Shown here: positions 32,296 through 46,800 of the stretch, piece after piece
Numbering within the stretch: the stretch's first letter is position 1
Layout of the letters: each line of letters starts with the position of its first letter
Origin: Callorhinchus milii
Taxonomy: Eukaryota
NCBI RefSeq assembly: GCF_018977255.1
Contig: NW_024704778.1
Span: 620,001-684,000 of the forward strand
Direction of reading: 5' to 3'
DNA: 64,000 nucleotides
Translations under genes and position numbers: made by a program
The notes under the pieces: generated by a model
The model's database searches: none
Told to the model about the DNA's origin: nothing
The model's input: the letters and a program-made list of their open reading frames with translations, nothing else

Positions 32296-35200
32296 ATGGG
32301 GTTTGATGATCTGCTGGACGATGTTGGAGGTTTTGGGAAGTTCCAAATCACATACACTTTGTTGTCATTATTGCCGGCTTTGACCAGCATGAGTCATGTC
32401 CTGCTCCAGAACTTTGTGGCTGTCGTTCCTGATCACCGCTGCCGTATCCGTGCGGACGCCCTCGGCAACGCTTCCCTGCAAAGTCCCGGGAACGTGACGG
32501 GCAAAGTGCTGGCCGAGGAGCTGCTCCTGCCGGTGTTCATCCCCTTGGACAGGGAGGGCCGCCCAGAGAGGTGCCGGCTGTTTGCTGAGCCTCAGTGGCA
32601 ATTCCTGGATCCCAACCGCACCCACGGGGACGGCAGCTCCACCACACGGCCGTGTACAGACGGATGGCTGTACAGCCACGGGGACGTCACCAGCAGCATC
32701 ATCAGCGAGGTGTGTGTGTGTCTGTGTGAGTGTGTGTCACAGTCACCACCATCATTACCGAGGTAGGAGAGAGCATCTATGTTCAAGGTCTTCATGAGTT
32801 CCCTGCAGATCAGTGGCTCACATCACAAGCGAGAAGATCTGGGTTCAATTCCCGGGCATGTCAGCGCCAAACATTGGGCAAGTTTCCTTACTCCACACAC
32901 CCACACCACTCGCAATAAGTAGGAACCCACTTGTTAGTCAATTGACAGATCGCTTTCCTGGTGTAATAATCTCTTCACAATAATTGATAGTTTGGTCACT
33001 CAATCCACGACTGTTTGAGGCATCTCAAAGGCACCATATCAAATACAAGGATTATTAATAGTAGTAGTTTAAGGCTGAGGACCCAGTTTATACTGTTATC
33101 ACAGGATACACTGCGAGGTGTAGTGACTGTGTGATTGCAATTTCCCACAAACAGCCATGAAGTGAGTGACCAATTTGTATCTGGGGAATGTCGGCCAGGA
33201 CACTGGGAGAGAGAGAGAGAGAAACTCCCTTCTCTTTTCAAGCAGTCGCCGTGGGAGATCTTTAACAACCACCCAACTCGGCAGACGGGGAAAGTTTAAA
33301 GTTTAAAGCCTCACCCGAAGGACGGCGTCTCTGACATCGCGACACCACCCGCCCCAGCACGGGGTTGGAGCCTGGGCTTAGACTGTGATTCCTGGCGTGG
33401 AGGCTCAAACCTTCTGACCAGGAGGCGAGAGTGTGAGTGACTGAGCCAGGCTGACACACAAAGTCTTTGTTATCACATAGAGAACATGTACAAGTGATCA
33501 GATTTGACAGGTCGGGTGGTTCCAGCTGGACAAGCAGCGGGAAAGCTTGGCCAGACAGACAGCACTCTCTGACCCTCTCTCTCTCGATGGCCAAGCTGTG
33601 TGTGGATTTAGCTGGTTAGACCCCAGCAGTTACCCCCAATGCACAACCTGCACCTAATGCTCTCCGGAATTAAGTAAGCAGGGGGGCGTCCTATCTCTGG
33701 CATTTCTATGTGTAGGTGGGATGCATGGAATTTTCAGTTGGGTTTGGAGTCTCTTTAACCACAGTGCTGGGTTTCCACGTGTGTCAGACACCCGGCTGGT
33801 CAGTGATGGGTTTCCGTGTGTGTGTGTGTGTCAGACACCCGGCCGGGCAAAAGAAAAGCGATCAGGTGATTGTTCCTCACCCAGTGTGTAAGACTGTTGT
33901 GTTGTCAGTGACTCTGAGCCGTTCTCGCCCCGACAGTGGGACCTGGTGTGTGATCAGCGATCTCTGAAACAGATGTCACAATCTATCTACATGAGCGGAG
34001 TATTGGTGGGAGCCATCGTAATGGGCCAAATGTCTGACAGGTGAGCACCAGGCAAGTGCTCTAATCACGACACTCCGCAATGTGACCGTGTAAACAGGGG
34101 AAGGCGAGGTGGGAACCCTGGCCTCTCTCGCTGACGTGTTGTCGTGTTTCTCCGCAGGTTTGGACGCCGCCCTATCCTGCTCTGGTCTCACTTACAGCTG
34201 GCGATCACCGGAACCTGTGGCTCCTTCTCCTCGAGCTTCCCCCTGTTCTGTTTCTGGAGGTTCATGTGCGGAGTGGCTGTGTCTGGACTCATCCTCAACT
34301 CGTTCTCTCTCAGTGAGTAAAACTCGCCAATCGTTTACCTGGTTTGTGGTGTTAATCATAATAATAACCTTTACGTTTGACACAGTGCCTCATCACGTCT
34401 TTTGAGACATCTCAAAGCGTTTCGCAGAATTCATGACAATTGGACAATCCCTCCAAAAATAACAATAATAATGTGGTCACTTCAATCCACGACTGTTTGT
34501 GGGGACGCTGCTGTGCGCAATTGGCTGCCGCGTTTCGCCCACAAAATACACAGTCAATTACACTGTAACCTGTGAAGCGCTTTGAGTTGTCTCGAAGATG
34601 ATAATATAATAATCTTTGCGTTTGATATAGCGCTTTTCACGTCTTCGAGACGTCTCAAAGCGCTTCACAGAATATACTGCAAAGTGAATTGACCGTATAT
34701 TTGTGGGCGAAATGATAAGGCGCTGTAACAAATGCAAGGATTATTATTATTATAATTATTATTAATAACGCTTTCCTGATTTCCTGAACTCCCGACAGCG
34801 GTTGAATGGATTCCAACTAAAGTGCGGACGTCTGTGGCAACGCTGAATAATTACAGTTACACGATTGGGCAGTTCCTCCTGGTTGGCTTGGCGTACGCAC
34901 TAAGGAATTGGCGTTGGCTACAGTTCGCAGTGTCCGCCCCCTTCTTCATCTACTTCCTATACTCCTGGTAATGTCAGCCATTAACACTGCCTCTCACCGC
35001 AGGTCGCCAAGACCCTGATCTGTGGTTTCATTACTTCCCGGCTTGACTACACCAACTGCCTGCTCACTGGACTTCCCAACTCTTCCCTCCATAAGTTGCA
35101 GATCATTCAGAACCTCTGCAGCTCGTGTCCTCTCCTGCATCAGGCTCCGGGAGACTATCAACCCCGTTCTTGCCCGGCTTCACTGGCTCCCCATCCCACA

Positions 35201-38200
35201 GAGAATTAAGTACAAAACCCTTGTTCTTATCTTCAAGAGCCTTCCAAGGTCTTGCTCCCCCCACCTCTCTGACCTAATCATCCCAGATCAGCCTGTCTGC
35301 TCCCTCTGCTTGGCGGACACCAGCCTGTTTCAGGTCCCCGCACTTCCCACCCCACCATTGGTGGTCGGGCATTCAGCATCTCTGCCCCCAAACTCTATCC
35401 CGCAATCCCTTGCATTACCCCCTCTCTTGCCACCTTTAGGTCCTATCTGAATACCCTCTTCTTCGATGGTGCCTTCGGCCACCCTCCTACCCCCAACCGC
35501 CTGCCCCCACCCTCCTGCTCCCACCTTCCTATCTCCCCACCCACTTGCCCCCACCCTCCTACCCCCACCCTTCATGCCCTCCACCCCCCCGGGTACATTT
35601 TTCTGATGTAAAAGGAGTTGTGTAGATGTCTGTTGTTGTTGTTGTTGGGGGAGAGCAGCCTAATCTCACTCAGCAATAACTAAAACTCACGGACACCCAT
35701 CATGGAGCTTCAGGGTCTCCAAATCCAACTGAGAATTCCATAAAACCGGCGATGGTGGAATGGAGAGCGCGAGAGACAAGCAGGAGGCTGGAGCCAGCTG
35801 AACGGGAGCAGTGGGTAGTGGGTAGGGGAGTAAGGAGGTGGGAGAGGTAGGGAGGTGTCCTGTGTCTGTGCCTTCGTTGTTAACCCCTCGATCCCTGGCA
35901 GGTGGTTCCCGGAGTCGGCACGATGGCTGATAATGAACGACAAAGCCGATGTGGCCGTGAACCAGCTGAAGCGAGTGGCCAGGCTGAATGGCAGGGAGGC
36001 CGAGGGCAGCAAACTCACAGCCGCGGTGAGTCGGTGGGTGGGTGAGTGGGTGGGTCGGTCAGTCACGTTTCGCATTCCTCTCCTGCTTCCAGCATCTAGC
36101 ATAGTGATCAGAGCATAATTAAAGCGAGAGGACCAAGGTTCAATTCCCAGTAATAATCCTACCAAAATTAATAAATAATAATAATGTGTTCACTCAAACC
36201 GCAACTGGAATTGTGGGCAAATTTGTTAACCAGCAGTAAGTAGGAACCTGGTTGTTAGTTGATCGACGGACCGCTTTCAAATAAATGTTGATCACACAAT
36301 GTCCTTCCAGGCAGGGCGAAAGCTTCAGGGGCTGAGAGCTTCAGGGGCTGCGAACTTCAGGGGCTGAGAGCTTCAGGGGTTATTATAGTGATGTAAATCT
36401 ATCTGTATTATCTGCTTCAATTGCCACTTGTGGGAGTGAGTTCTGCATAGTGCTGCCCTCTGTCTGAAGAAGTTCCTTCTAAATTCTCTATTTAGAGAAT
36501 TCAATCCTCAATCCTCCAGTCACTGTCTTATACTCGTGTTTCTCCGTGAAGTCTCGGTCACCAATAGGAACCACCTATTTGAGCTGTAAAACCGTGTTGT
36601 ATTGGTTTCACTTGTGGTATTGCAATCAGTGCTGTAGCTCAGGTGGAGTCCTGTAGCTCAGTGGTTAGAGCACTCGCTTTGCAAGCGGAGACCTGGGTTC
36701 AATTCCATGCGAAACCTTGGCAAGTTTCCTTACTCCACACAGAGCCTAATAATAATCCCTCCAAAACAAAACAATAATAAATTGGTCATTTTTAATCCAC
36801 GACTGTTTGTGGGACACTGCTGTGCGCAATTGGCTGCCGTGTTTCGCCTATAAATATTCTGTCAATTCACTTTACAGCATATTCTGTGAAGTACTTTGAG
36901 ACGTCGAGAAGATGTGAAAAGCGCTATATCAAATGCAAGGATTATTCTTATTCTTATAACTGTTCGTGGGACACTGCTGTGTGCAATTGGCTGGTGTGTT
37001 TTGCCCACAAAAAATACACAGTAAATTTACACTTTACAGTGAAGCACTTTGAGATGTCTCAATGACACTATATCAAATGCAAGCATTATTATTATTATTA
37101 TATGATGGTTGTATTTCCCCACAGATTGTTAAGTCACATATGGAAAAAGAACTTTCAAAATGCAAGACTGGTTACAGTGTGACCGACCTGTTCCACACCC
37201 CCGTCATGCGAAGGACGGCCTGTTGCACGATGGTAGTTTGGTAAGTTGTTGGCCTGAGAACATAAGAATTACTAGACAAAAGAAGACAAGTTCCATCCAG
37301 TTTGCCGTCCACTATCCTGGCAGTCACGAGACATGTCGTGTCCCAAACTATAATAATTATAATAATAATCCTTGCATTTAATACAGCACCTTATCACATC
37401 GTTGACATGTCTCAAAGCGCTTCACAGAATATACTGTAAAGTGTAGTGGCAGTGTTTGCACAGCAGTGTCCCACACACAGTCGAGCATTGCGTGACCAAC
37501 ATTTATTTGAAGGGTTTATTATCTCCGGAAAGCGATCCGCCGATCGACTAAACCAGGTTCCTACTTACTGCTGGTAAACAGAGGCGTGTGTGTGCAGTAA
37601 GGAAACTTGCTTAAGGTTTCGCCCTGACCCGCCTGGGAATCAAACCCGGGTCCTCTCACTAATCACTATACTACAGGACTCCATTGTTTGGGACACATTT
37701 CAAGCAAAGGCTAGGATAGTGGAGATGGTCCTTGGTCTTCTTTCATCTTACGTTCTGTTCTCCACCCAGGTTCTCAGTGAGTTTCGCCTATTATGGATTA
37801 TCCATAGACCTGCAAGGTTTCGGGGTGAACATTTATCTGATTCAGATGATCTTCGCTGCTGTTGATATTCCAGCTAAATTGGTTGGTGTCGCTACCATGA
37901 GTCTGATTGGGCGACGGTTTACTCAGGGCTCGTCTCTCATCTTGGCCGGCACCATTATCATCATCAACATCTTCATTCCTCAAGGTAGGGGGTCACGCTC
38001 CCTCCCTCCTCCCTCCATCTTCACTCCCTCCTCCCTTCATACTCCCTCCACCCATCCATCCTCCTTCCCTCCACCCACCCTCTCCCTTCATTCTCCCTCC
38101 CTCCATCCACTACCTTCTCTTCTTCCTCACAAGAGGCTGAGGGTGTTCAAATTGGCTGCTGCGTTTTGCCCACAAAATATACATTCACTACACTTTACAG

Positions 38201-39727
38201 TGTATCCTGTGAAGCGCTTTGAAACATCTCAAAGATGTGATAATGCGCTGGGTCAAAAGTCAGGATTATTATTACTGTTGTTATTGTTATTATTGCCAGT
38301 TATGCTCATTGTCCTTGTGCAGTCCTGTAGCTCAGTGGTTAGAGCACTCGTCTTGCAAGCGAGATACCTGGATTCAATTCCGGGCAGAGGGCGAAACCTT
38401 GGGCAAGTTTCCTTACTCCACACGCCTGATAATAATCACTCCAACAAAACAATAATAAATTGGTCATTTTTAATCCACGACCGTTCGTGGAACACTGCTG
38501 TGCGCAATTGGCTGCCGCGTTTCGCCCACAAATATTCAGTCAATTCACTTTACAGCATATTCTGTGAAGCTCTTTGAGACATCGAGAAGACGTGAAAAAA
38601 AGCGCTATATCAAATGCAAGGATTATTATTATTATATTATTATTATTGTCCATTTCTCCTCCAGAAATGAGCAATTTACGCACCTCATTCGCTGCGATTG
38701 GGAAAGGATGTCTTGCAGCTAGTTTCAGCTGCGCCTATTTACACGCAGGAGAACTGTACCCTACTGTGGTCAGGTGTGTAGCCGTGTCCCTATCACACAC
38801 TAACTCCTGATAACAAGACACATGGCGCTGTCGCACACTAACTCCTGATAATAAGACCCCATCTTAAGACAGGGTTGAAGACATGATAAAGTGCTTTACC
38901 AAATGCCAATATTATTATTGTTATTATTGTTTGACTAGTGGGTTAATAGATTGACTGACTGATTGATTGATTGATTATATTGGGCACGGCTGCAGGCAGA
39001 CAGGGATGGGGCTGGTCAGTTCGATGGCCAGGATTGGATCCATGGTGGCCCCGCTGGTGAAGATGACTGGTGATTACGTTTCCTTTTTGCCGATGGCAAT
39101 ATACGGTGGAGTTGCCGTCCTCGCTGGGATTGTGGCCTTTTTCCTCCGGGAAACGTTGAACATTCCTTTGCCAGAATCGATTGAGGGGGTGGAGAGCAGG
39201 TATGTGAGACATAGAACAGGAGGAGGCCAATCAGCCCCTTGAGCCTGTTCCACCATTCTATAAGATCATGGCTGATCTGTACCTCAACTCCAATTACCCG
39301 CCTTTGCCCCGTATTCCTTGACAACCTGACCTAACAAACAAATCCCAACGAAATTCCTTCAAAAAAATGTAAAACATTAATCTGTACAATGTAGATGGAT
39401 CCAGCCATAATCCAAAGGCTTCCATCCCAACAATCTATCTCTGGGATTTCCAAGCGTAGATGGGATGAATGGAAATCTCAGTTGGGATTGGAGACTCTTG
39501 AAGCATGGAGATTGGTTTCCGTGTGTGTTAGACCCCCGGGTGGCCAAATAAACTGCTCCTGACATTGCTGACCGCTGAACATGAGTTGCCATACCATAAC
39601 GAGGTATCAATCTTGTGATTTCCTCTCCAGCTGGAAAAAAAAGATGCAAAAGGAAAGCGAGCCCAAGAATGAGGAGATCTCTCTGCGGGAAACACCTCCC
39701 CCCTCGCTGATGACACAGACTATCTGA
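32296..39727 (+). CDS. SLC22/OAT paralogue 2, copy 2
   Basis: Exons 32296-32709, 33937-34040, 34158-34312, 34799-34967, 35902-36025, 37125-37240, 37770-37984, 38665-38773, 38996-39199, 39631-39727; essentially identical to copy 1. Confidence 0.9.
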
Positions 39728-40458
39728 CCCTATGTGACCTCTCTATTTCACACTCTGAGCTCTGTCCCCCGTGACCTCTCTCTCTCTATCTCTCTCTCAC
39801 TCAAAGCTGCCTGGTCACATTTCACAGCTCGACACACAAATACCAATCGCACTTTCTATCCCAAATTAATAAATCACTGAGTATCTAAACATTAATATCA
39901 CTGTTTATTATTAATAAAAAATCTATGTATTTGACACAGAGCCGTAACGGGTTCTTGAGACAAACTCAAAGCACTTCACAGAATATATTGTAAAGTGTAG
40001 TGACTGTATTTGGAGGTAGGTACGACAGCACAATGTGTACACAGCAGTTTCCCACAAATACCTATGGAGTGAGCGACAAATTTTATTTGGGGGATTATTG
40101 ACACGGGGACGAGAGAGAGACAGAGAGGGAGAGAAACTCCCTTCTCTATTCCAATAGTGCCGCAGGAGATTTTTAATGTCCACCTGAACATGCAGGTGGA
40201 AGCTCGTTTTAACGTCTCATCTGACGGACGGTGTCTCTGACAAAGCAACACCGTCCAGCACTGCATTGGATCGTCAGCTTCAACTGTGATTCCAAGTCTT
40301 GACATGGGGACTTGAAAATAGAATAACTCACACAAACACACAAAAGGAAATCATTGATTTTGTTGTCAGTTTCAATAGATATTTCCACACCCGAGGCCAG
40401 GCTGATCTTGCTGTTCCACACAATGAGCAGAAACGGGTCTTTCAGCCCAGATGTGACG

Positions 40459-42714
40459 TCAGAATCCTTTCTCCATCAGCCACGATTTCAGCTCGGAATC
40501 AAAGTAACCTTTAATGCGAATGTTCATCGTCACTTCATTGACCTGAACCTGAGGTGGTTTCCCTGTCATTGTTGTGAGGAACTCAGTGATGTCTTTTTCT
40601 AGCTCCTGATCAATAATAATATAATAACAGTAATAATAGTAACAATAATATAATAACAGTAATAATAATAATAACAGTAATAATAACAATAGAATAACAG
40701 TAATAACAATAATAATAACAATAATATAACAGTAATAATAACAATAATAATATAACAGTAATAATAACAATAATAATATAACAATAATAATAAACAATAG
40801 AAATGGTAATAATAACAGCAATGATAATAATCCTTGCATTTGATACAGCGCCTTATCATGTTGTCAAGACGTCTCAAAGTGCTTCACAGAATATATTGTA
40901 AATTGAATTGACTGTGTATTTTGTGGGTGAAACACGGCAGCCAATTGCGCACAGCAATGTCCCACAAAGAGTAGTAGATTGAGTGACCAAATTTTCTTTG
41001 AGGGATTATTACCTCCGGAAAGCGATCTGCCCTCACACACGTACAAACACATATCACTGCACCCCCCCCCCACTCCACACACATACACAATTGTTTATGA
41101 TCAGATGAGGCAGACAGAGCAGACAGACAGGAAGTGGTCCTTACCCAAATATCTCCCTCAATTTTCCTGATGATGGTCATCTTCCTGTTGCCGTGGGTGA
41201 TGTCTGTGTAAACGGGGACATTGTGCATCCGGGATCTCCTCACAGTGTAGGGCAAGTCAGGGAGCGGGTCTGAGGAACGCAACACACAGTGGTCAGTGTA
41301 GGGCAGGTCACACACACACACACACATACACGCACTGAGCCGACTGACACATAGTCACTACATGGGTTCTGACCTTGTGGGGGCTGCCAGCCTGAGGGGG
41401 TGGGGTAGTGGCTGTGATGAGGGGGGGTGGGTACGGTGGAGGCCGGGATCAGCCTCTCCACAAACCGAAATTCTTCCACAGACTCCACGATCCCGGGATA
41501 GACCGGTCCAGTCAGCGAGCGGCTCCATGTCTGTAACAACAACAGCTGGATTTATACAGCGCCCCTCACTGTGTAAAGGGGTGTGTGAATATGGAGTGTG
41601 TATGGGGTGTGTATGGAGTGTATATGGGGTGTGTACGGGGTGTGTACGGGGTGTGTAGGGTGTATAATAATAATAATAATCCTTGCATTTGATATAGCGC
41701 TGTTCACGTCAGGAGGACGTCCCAAAGCGCTTCACAGAACACACTGTAAAGTGAATTGACTGTATATTTGTGGGCGAACGCGGCAGCCAATTGCGCACAG
41801 CAATGTCCCACAAACAGTCGTCGATTGAAAATGACCAATTTATTATTGTTTTGTTTTGGAGGATTATTATTAGGGCTCTGTGTGGGGTAAGGAAACTTGC
41901 CCAAGGTTTCGCCCTCTGCCTGGAATTGAACTCAGGTCTCTCACTTGCAAAGCGAGTGCTCTAACCACTGAGCTACAGGACTCCACGGGGTGTGTTTAGG
42001 GTGTATATGGGGTGTGTGGGGGGTGTGTAGGGTGTATATGGGGTGTGTGGGGGGGTGTAGGGTGTATATGGGGTGTGTGGGGTGTATATGGGGTGTATAT
42101 GGGGTGTGTGGGGGGTGTAGGGTGTATATGGGGTGTATATGGGGTGTATGGGGGTGTATATGGGGTGTATAGGGTGTATATGGGGTGTATATGGGGTGTG
42201 TGGGGTGTATATGGGGTGTGTAGGGTGTATATGGGGTGTATATGGGGTGTGTATAGGGTGTATATGGGGTGTGTGGGGGGTGTAGGGTGTATATGGGGTG
42301 TGTGGGGGGTGTAGGGTGTATATGGGGTGTGTGGGGGGTGTAGGGTGTATATGGGGTGTGTGGGGGGTGTAGGGTGTATATGGGGTGTGTGGGGTGTATA
42401 TGGGGTGTGTGGGGGGGTGTAGGGTGTATATGGGGTGTATATGGGGTGTGTGTAGGGTGTATATGGGGTGTGTGGGGGGTGTAGGGTGTATATGGGGTGT
42501 GTGGGGGGTGTAGGGTGTATATGGGGTGTATATGGGGTGTGTGGGGGGTGTAGGGTGTATATGGGGTGTGTGGGGGGTGTAGGGTGTATATGGGGTGTGG
42601 GGGGGGGTGTAGGGTGTATATGGGGTGTGTGGGGGGTGTATATACATTACTTACCGGGAAGCGGGTGTATACGGAGCTCAGCTCCGGGAGGAGACGGCTC
42701 CAGTTCCGCGCCAT
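40459..42714 (-). CDS. MRPL49: Mitochondrial ribosomal protein L49 (mL49), ~162 aa
   Basis: Exons 42714-42655, 41530-41374, 41269-41145, 40605-40459; motifs [70 protein letters not shown]. Confidence 0.95.
41665..41982 (-). mobile_element. tRNA-derived SINE (antisense)
   Basis: CTAACCACTGAGCTACAGGAC (reverse head) at ~41961-41981. Confidence 0.85.
41990..42642. repeat. (GGGTGTATATGGGGTGTGTGGGGGGTGTA)n minisatellite in MRPL49 intron 1
   Basis: Direct tandem repeat. Confidence 0.92.
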
Positions 42715-42910
42715 TTTCCCCGCGGCATTAGAAGGTGGCGTCCTGCGTCATCACGTACTGGAAGCCCTGGGTGACGGCGTCCTCGTCATCGCGTGGTGTC
42801 CTACCTACGTCAGGATCGTTTAGTGTGTGACGTCATCGGAGGGGGAGGTGACATCATTGGTGGGCGGGGGAGGTGACGTCACTGGTGGGTGGGGAGGTGA
42901 CGTCATCGGT
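42705..42910 (-). promoter_or_regulatory. MRPL49 CpG-island promoter with CRE cluster and YY1-type motif
   Basis: TGACGTCA at 42828, 42874, 42898 plus TGACATCA at 42849; AAAATGGCG overlapping the start codon. Confidence 0.65.
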
Positions 42911-43838
42911 GGGGGGGGGGGTGAGAGCCAAACCCAACACAGGAGCCTCTCTCGCTCGCCCCCGAGGTCCTGTCAACGCTCCGCAGACCCAGTGCAGTGG
43001 TCCGTGCGCTCGCCTCGCCCGCAGCTTCCATCCCCGGGCCACGGCAAATCTTTGGTAAGTCTCCTTCCTCCACACGAGCCTCGGTCAGCAGGAAATCCGC
43101 TGGTCAGTTCATTGGGAGAATCACTTTCCGGGGGGTGGGGGGGTAATAATTGCACTATATAAAAAAATTGGTCACTCAACCCACGACTGTTTGAGGGGAC
43201 GTCATTGGGCGCAATTAGCTGCCGCGTTTCGCTAACCAAACACACAATCATTACACTTTACAGTGTATCCTGTGAAGCGCTTTGAGACGTCTTAAAGTGA
43301 TAAAGGCGCTGTATCAAATGCCAGTAGTATTATTATTATTAGTGGAGAGACACACACTTTGATAATGTAATCGTCTCATCTCAGGGAGTGAGAGAGAGAG
43401 ACACAGTGAAGGAGGGAAAGAGAGAGACAGAGCGAGGGAAAGAGAGAGAGAGTGTCTAACCTGGGTCAGGCTTCACATGACCATCCTACACTCTGTGTAG
43501 AATCTTCTTTACATTTTATTATAATCTTTACAACATTCAACAAAGACAAAGCACAGGAATAATTAACACCAAGACTCTGGCTCATTGCCCTTCGTTCCCA
43601 CCCCAAAAATAAATAATTTGGTCACTCAACCCACGGCTGTTTGTGGGAAACTGCTGCGCGCAATTGGCTGCTGTATTTTGTGGGCAAAACACGGCAACTA
43701 ATTGCAGTTCAACGCTTTGAGATGTCTCGATGACATGATAAGGCGCTGTAAGGATTATTACAATGTGATCCTTGGCCCATGACCCCAAGCCGAGACCCTA
43801 GAGCTGTGACTCCTGTCCCTGTGCCCCCTGCCCACGCC

Positions 43839-46800
43839 CTAACCCCGCTCACAGATGACTTCGATGACGCTCTGCTCCATGGTGACGGGGTCGATGCAGC
43901 GATGGGCTGAGCTGCCCACGATCTCATCCAGGAGGAAGTGGACAAGGTTCTCGTCAGAAACAAAGTGCCAGAGGTAAAGCTGCAGGTAATGGCAGTCCAC
44001 CTGGATCTGCTGTAAACCATAACGGCCAAACGTCCTCAGCCGCACACACTCCAGGAAGGTCTTCAGACTGATCTTAATGATCCCCGTGAGTACCGAGACC
44101 TGCAGCCGGGAAAATAGGCACACAATCAGCCACACCCACACAGTTACAACAACAACAAGATTCCATTTATAGAGCGCCTTTCACATCAGGAGGACGTCCC
44201 AAGGCGCTGTTATTCACTCACACTGACACAAACCTTCACACATACACAGACAGTCACGGTGACCGTTTTCCGTGTTTTTTCTGTCGGGCTGGGTGTCTGA
44301 CATACGCACAAACCCGTCACTGTTGCTTAAGAGTTTCCAAATCCAACTGAGAATTTCCCACATCCCACCCATACCTGGAAACCCCAGAGATGGATTGTTT
44401 GAATGGAATGCCCCCTCTCTCTCTCTCTCTCTCTGGAGGGACGCCCCCTGCTTACCTAATTCCGGAAAGTATTAGGTATAGGTTGGGTGAGAGCCAAGAC
44501 TTGGGGGGAGCCCAGAGTATGGGTTGGGGTAACTTCTGGGGTCTAACCAGCTAAACCCATATAGCTTGCCATTGAGAGAGAGAGAGAGAGAGCGCTGTCT
44601 GGCAAAGCTTTCCCACTGCTTGTCCAGCTTGGACCCCCCTCCCCGTTAGTTAGTTAGTTAGTTAGGGTTTTGGCTGCAGGGTTAACTGGAGCTGAGGGGG
44701 AGGATTCCCTGCCCCCAGTGACTGTTCAGCCCTTCCAGGTCCTGCCAATGAGCCTGGTCGGGCTGGGCTGCCATCAGCAGTGAGTGCCCTGGGAGCCTGA
44801 GGCCCCTCCTGGCTCCGGCCTCGCTCTTCTCACCTTGTTGAACTCCACAGGGCTGAAGATGTCAATTCTCTCAGAGAAAAGCTTCTGGATGTTGCTGAGG
44901 AGGTTGGTGTCCATCGGCGCACTGGGGGGGCAACAGCACAGGGTCAGTGCAGTGGAGAGACCCACTCACACACACTGGGGTTAGAGGCCGAGCGGAGCGG
45001 GGCTGAGCGGTGGTGGTGGGGGGTTTTGGGACTAGGAGGGTACATTTCTCGGGGTGTAGCTGTGGGCCGGGGGCGGTTGGGGGGGGGGTTTGGGGGGGGG
45101 GGGCTGGTGGGGTACCTACCTGGGGGTGTAGCTGTAGCGCGTTGGCTGACGGGAGCAGCTGTAGCTGTAGACGGAGAAGGTTCTTTTGCTGGAGTCACTG
45201 CTGTGGGCTTTCCTCACCCCCTCCTCATACAGCAGCCCCACCTGGCAAGAGAGTGTCACATAGCAAAGGCACCCCTAGCAACTACCTGCCCCTGGCAACC
45301 GTACCCACTGGGAACCACCTGCCCCTGGAAACCACATTCACCCCAGCAACCACTGCCTCCCTCGGCAACCAGAAGCTGACGGTGATGAGGAAGGGAGCAG
45401 GTTTAGGGATAGGGGGTAGAGGCTGACGGTGATGGGGGTGAAGGGGCTGACAGTGATGGGGAGGGGGGGAGAGGCTGACGGTGATGCGGAGAGTGTTTGG
45501 GGAGGGGGAGAGGCTGACGGTGGTGGGGAGGGGTGTTTGGGGAGGGGGAGAGGCTGACGGTGATGGGGAGGGGTGTTTGGGGAGGGGGAGAGGCTGACGG
45601 TGATGGGGAGGGTGTTTGGGGAGGGGGAGAGACTGACGGTGATGGGGGGGGTTTGGGGAGGGGCTGATGGTGATGGGGAGGGGGGTTTGGGGAGGGGGAG
45701 GGGCTGATGGTGATGGGGAGGGGGTTGGGGAGGGGCTGATGGTGATGGGGAGGGGGGTTTGGGGAGGGGGAGGGGCTGATGGTGATGGGGAGGGGGGTTT
45801 GGGGAGGGGGAGAGGCTGACGGTGATGGGGAGGGGTGTTTGGGGAGGGGGAGAGGCTGACGGTGATCGCTGACCTGCACGTCGATGGCTGTGATGTCCTC
45901 CACGACCCTCTTCATGACGGCCCTGACATTACGAGGTTCCATGGTGCTCACCCAATCCCGAGTCTCCACGCTTTTCCGCAGCATCTGAGAAATGTTCAAT
46001 CCCTGAACCTTCACCTGGTGGTTCAGCAGCTTCTGGGCCGTGTCCCGGGCGTCAGCGCAGAGAACGGTCACCGGTGTAACGGGGGAGGCGTCCTGGAGGG
46101 TATACACACACAGCACTGTCACCGTGGTAACCAGGGAGGGGGAGAGACAGACAGACACAGCGTCACAGCATCACATTACATTTACACGGAGCCTTTCACA
46201 TCGAGAGGACGGCCCGAGGCGCTGGACAGTCAGGGGTTTGGACCTCAGCTGCGGGTTGGGATCAAGAGGGGTGGAGGTAGGAGGGTGATGGAAGGTGTGA
46301 TTGAAGAGGAGGTTCCTAAAAGGAGGTGAGGCAGGGAGTTGTGTAAATGTAAGTTGTTGGTGATGTTGTTGTTCAGTGTCACACTGGGCAGACACACATA
46401 CACTGAACCGGGCAGACACACACATACACACACTGAGCCGGGCAGACACACACACACTGAGCCGGGGAGACTGACCTGGCCCAGGAACTGCTCATCAGTC
46501 AGGGTGAGAATGTAGGAAATGGTCGATGTCTCGTAATCCAGGCAAAGCCGCGACAGGATGAGGAGCAGGGCTGGGGGGGTGGCTCCTCTCTCTCCCCCCG
46601 ACTCACAGAACTGCCTCGCTGTCTGGCACAGGTACCGGATAAATGCCACGATCAGCCCCTCCCTCACCCCCTGGCTGCAGAACTCACCCTACAATAATAT
46701 AATATATTAATAATTATCCTTGAATTTGACACAGCGCCTTATCACGTTGTTGAGATGTCTCAAATCGTTTCACAGAGTATATGGTAAAGTGTAGTGACTG

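Larger units (their letters stand above)
28542..40896. repeat. Copy 2 of the ~12.3-kb duplication
   Basis: Begins ATGTTCGAAAG as at 16135; indel-rich in its first ~2.7 kb. Confidence 0.95.

Noticed and set aside
41941-42647. His/Pro/Thr/Tyr-repeat ORFs of 224-257 aa
   Set aside because: MRPL49 exon 1 reading into an intronic minisatellite; strong donor at 42654
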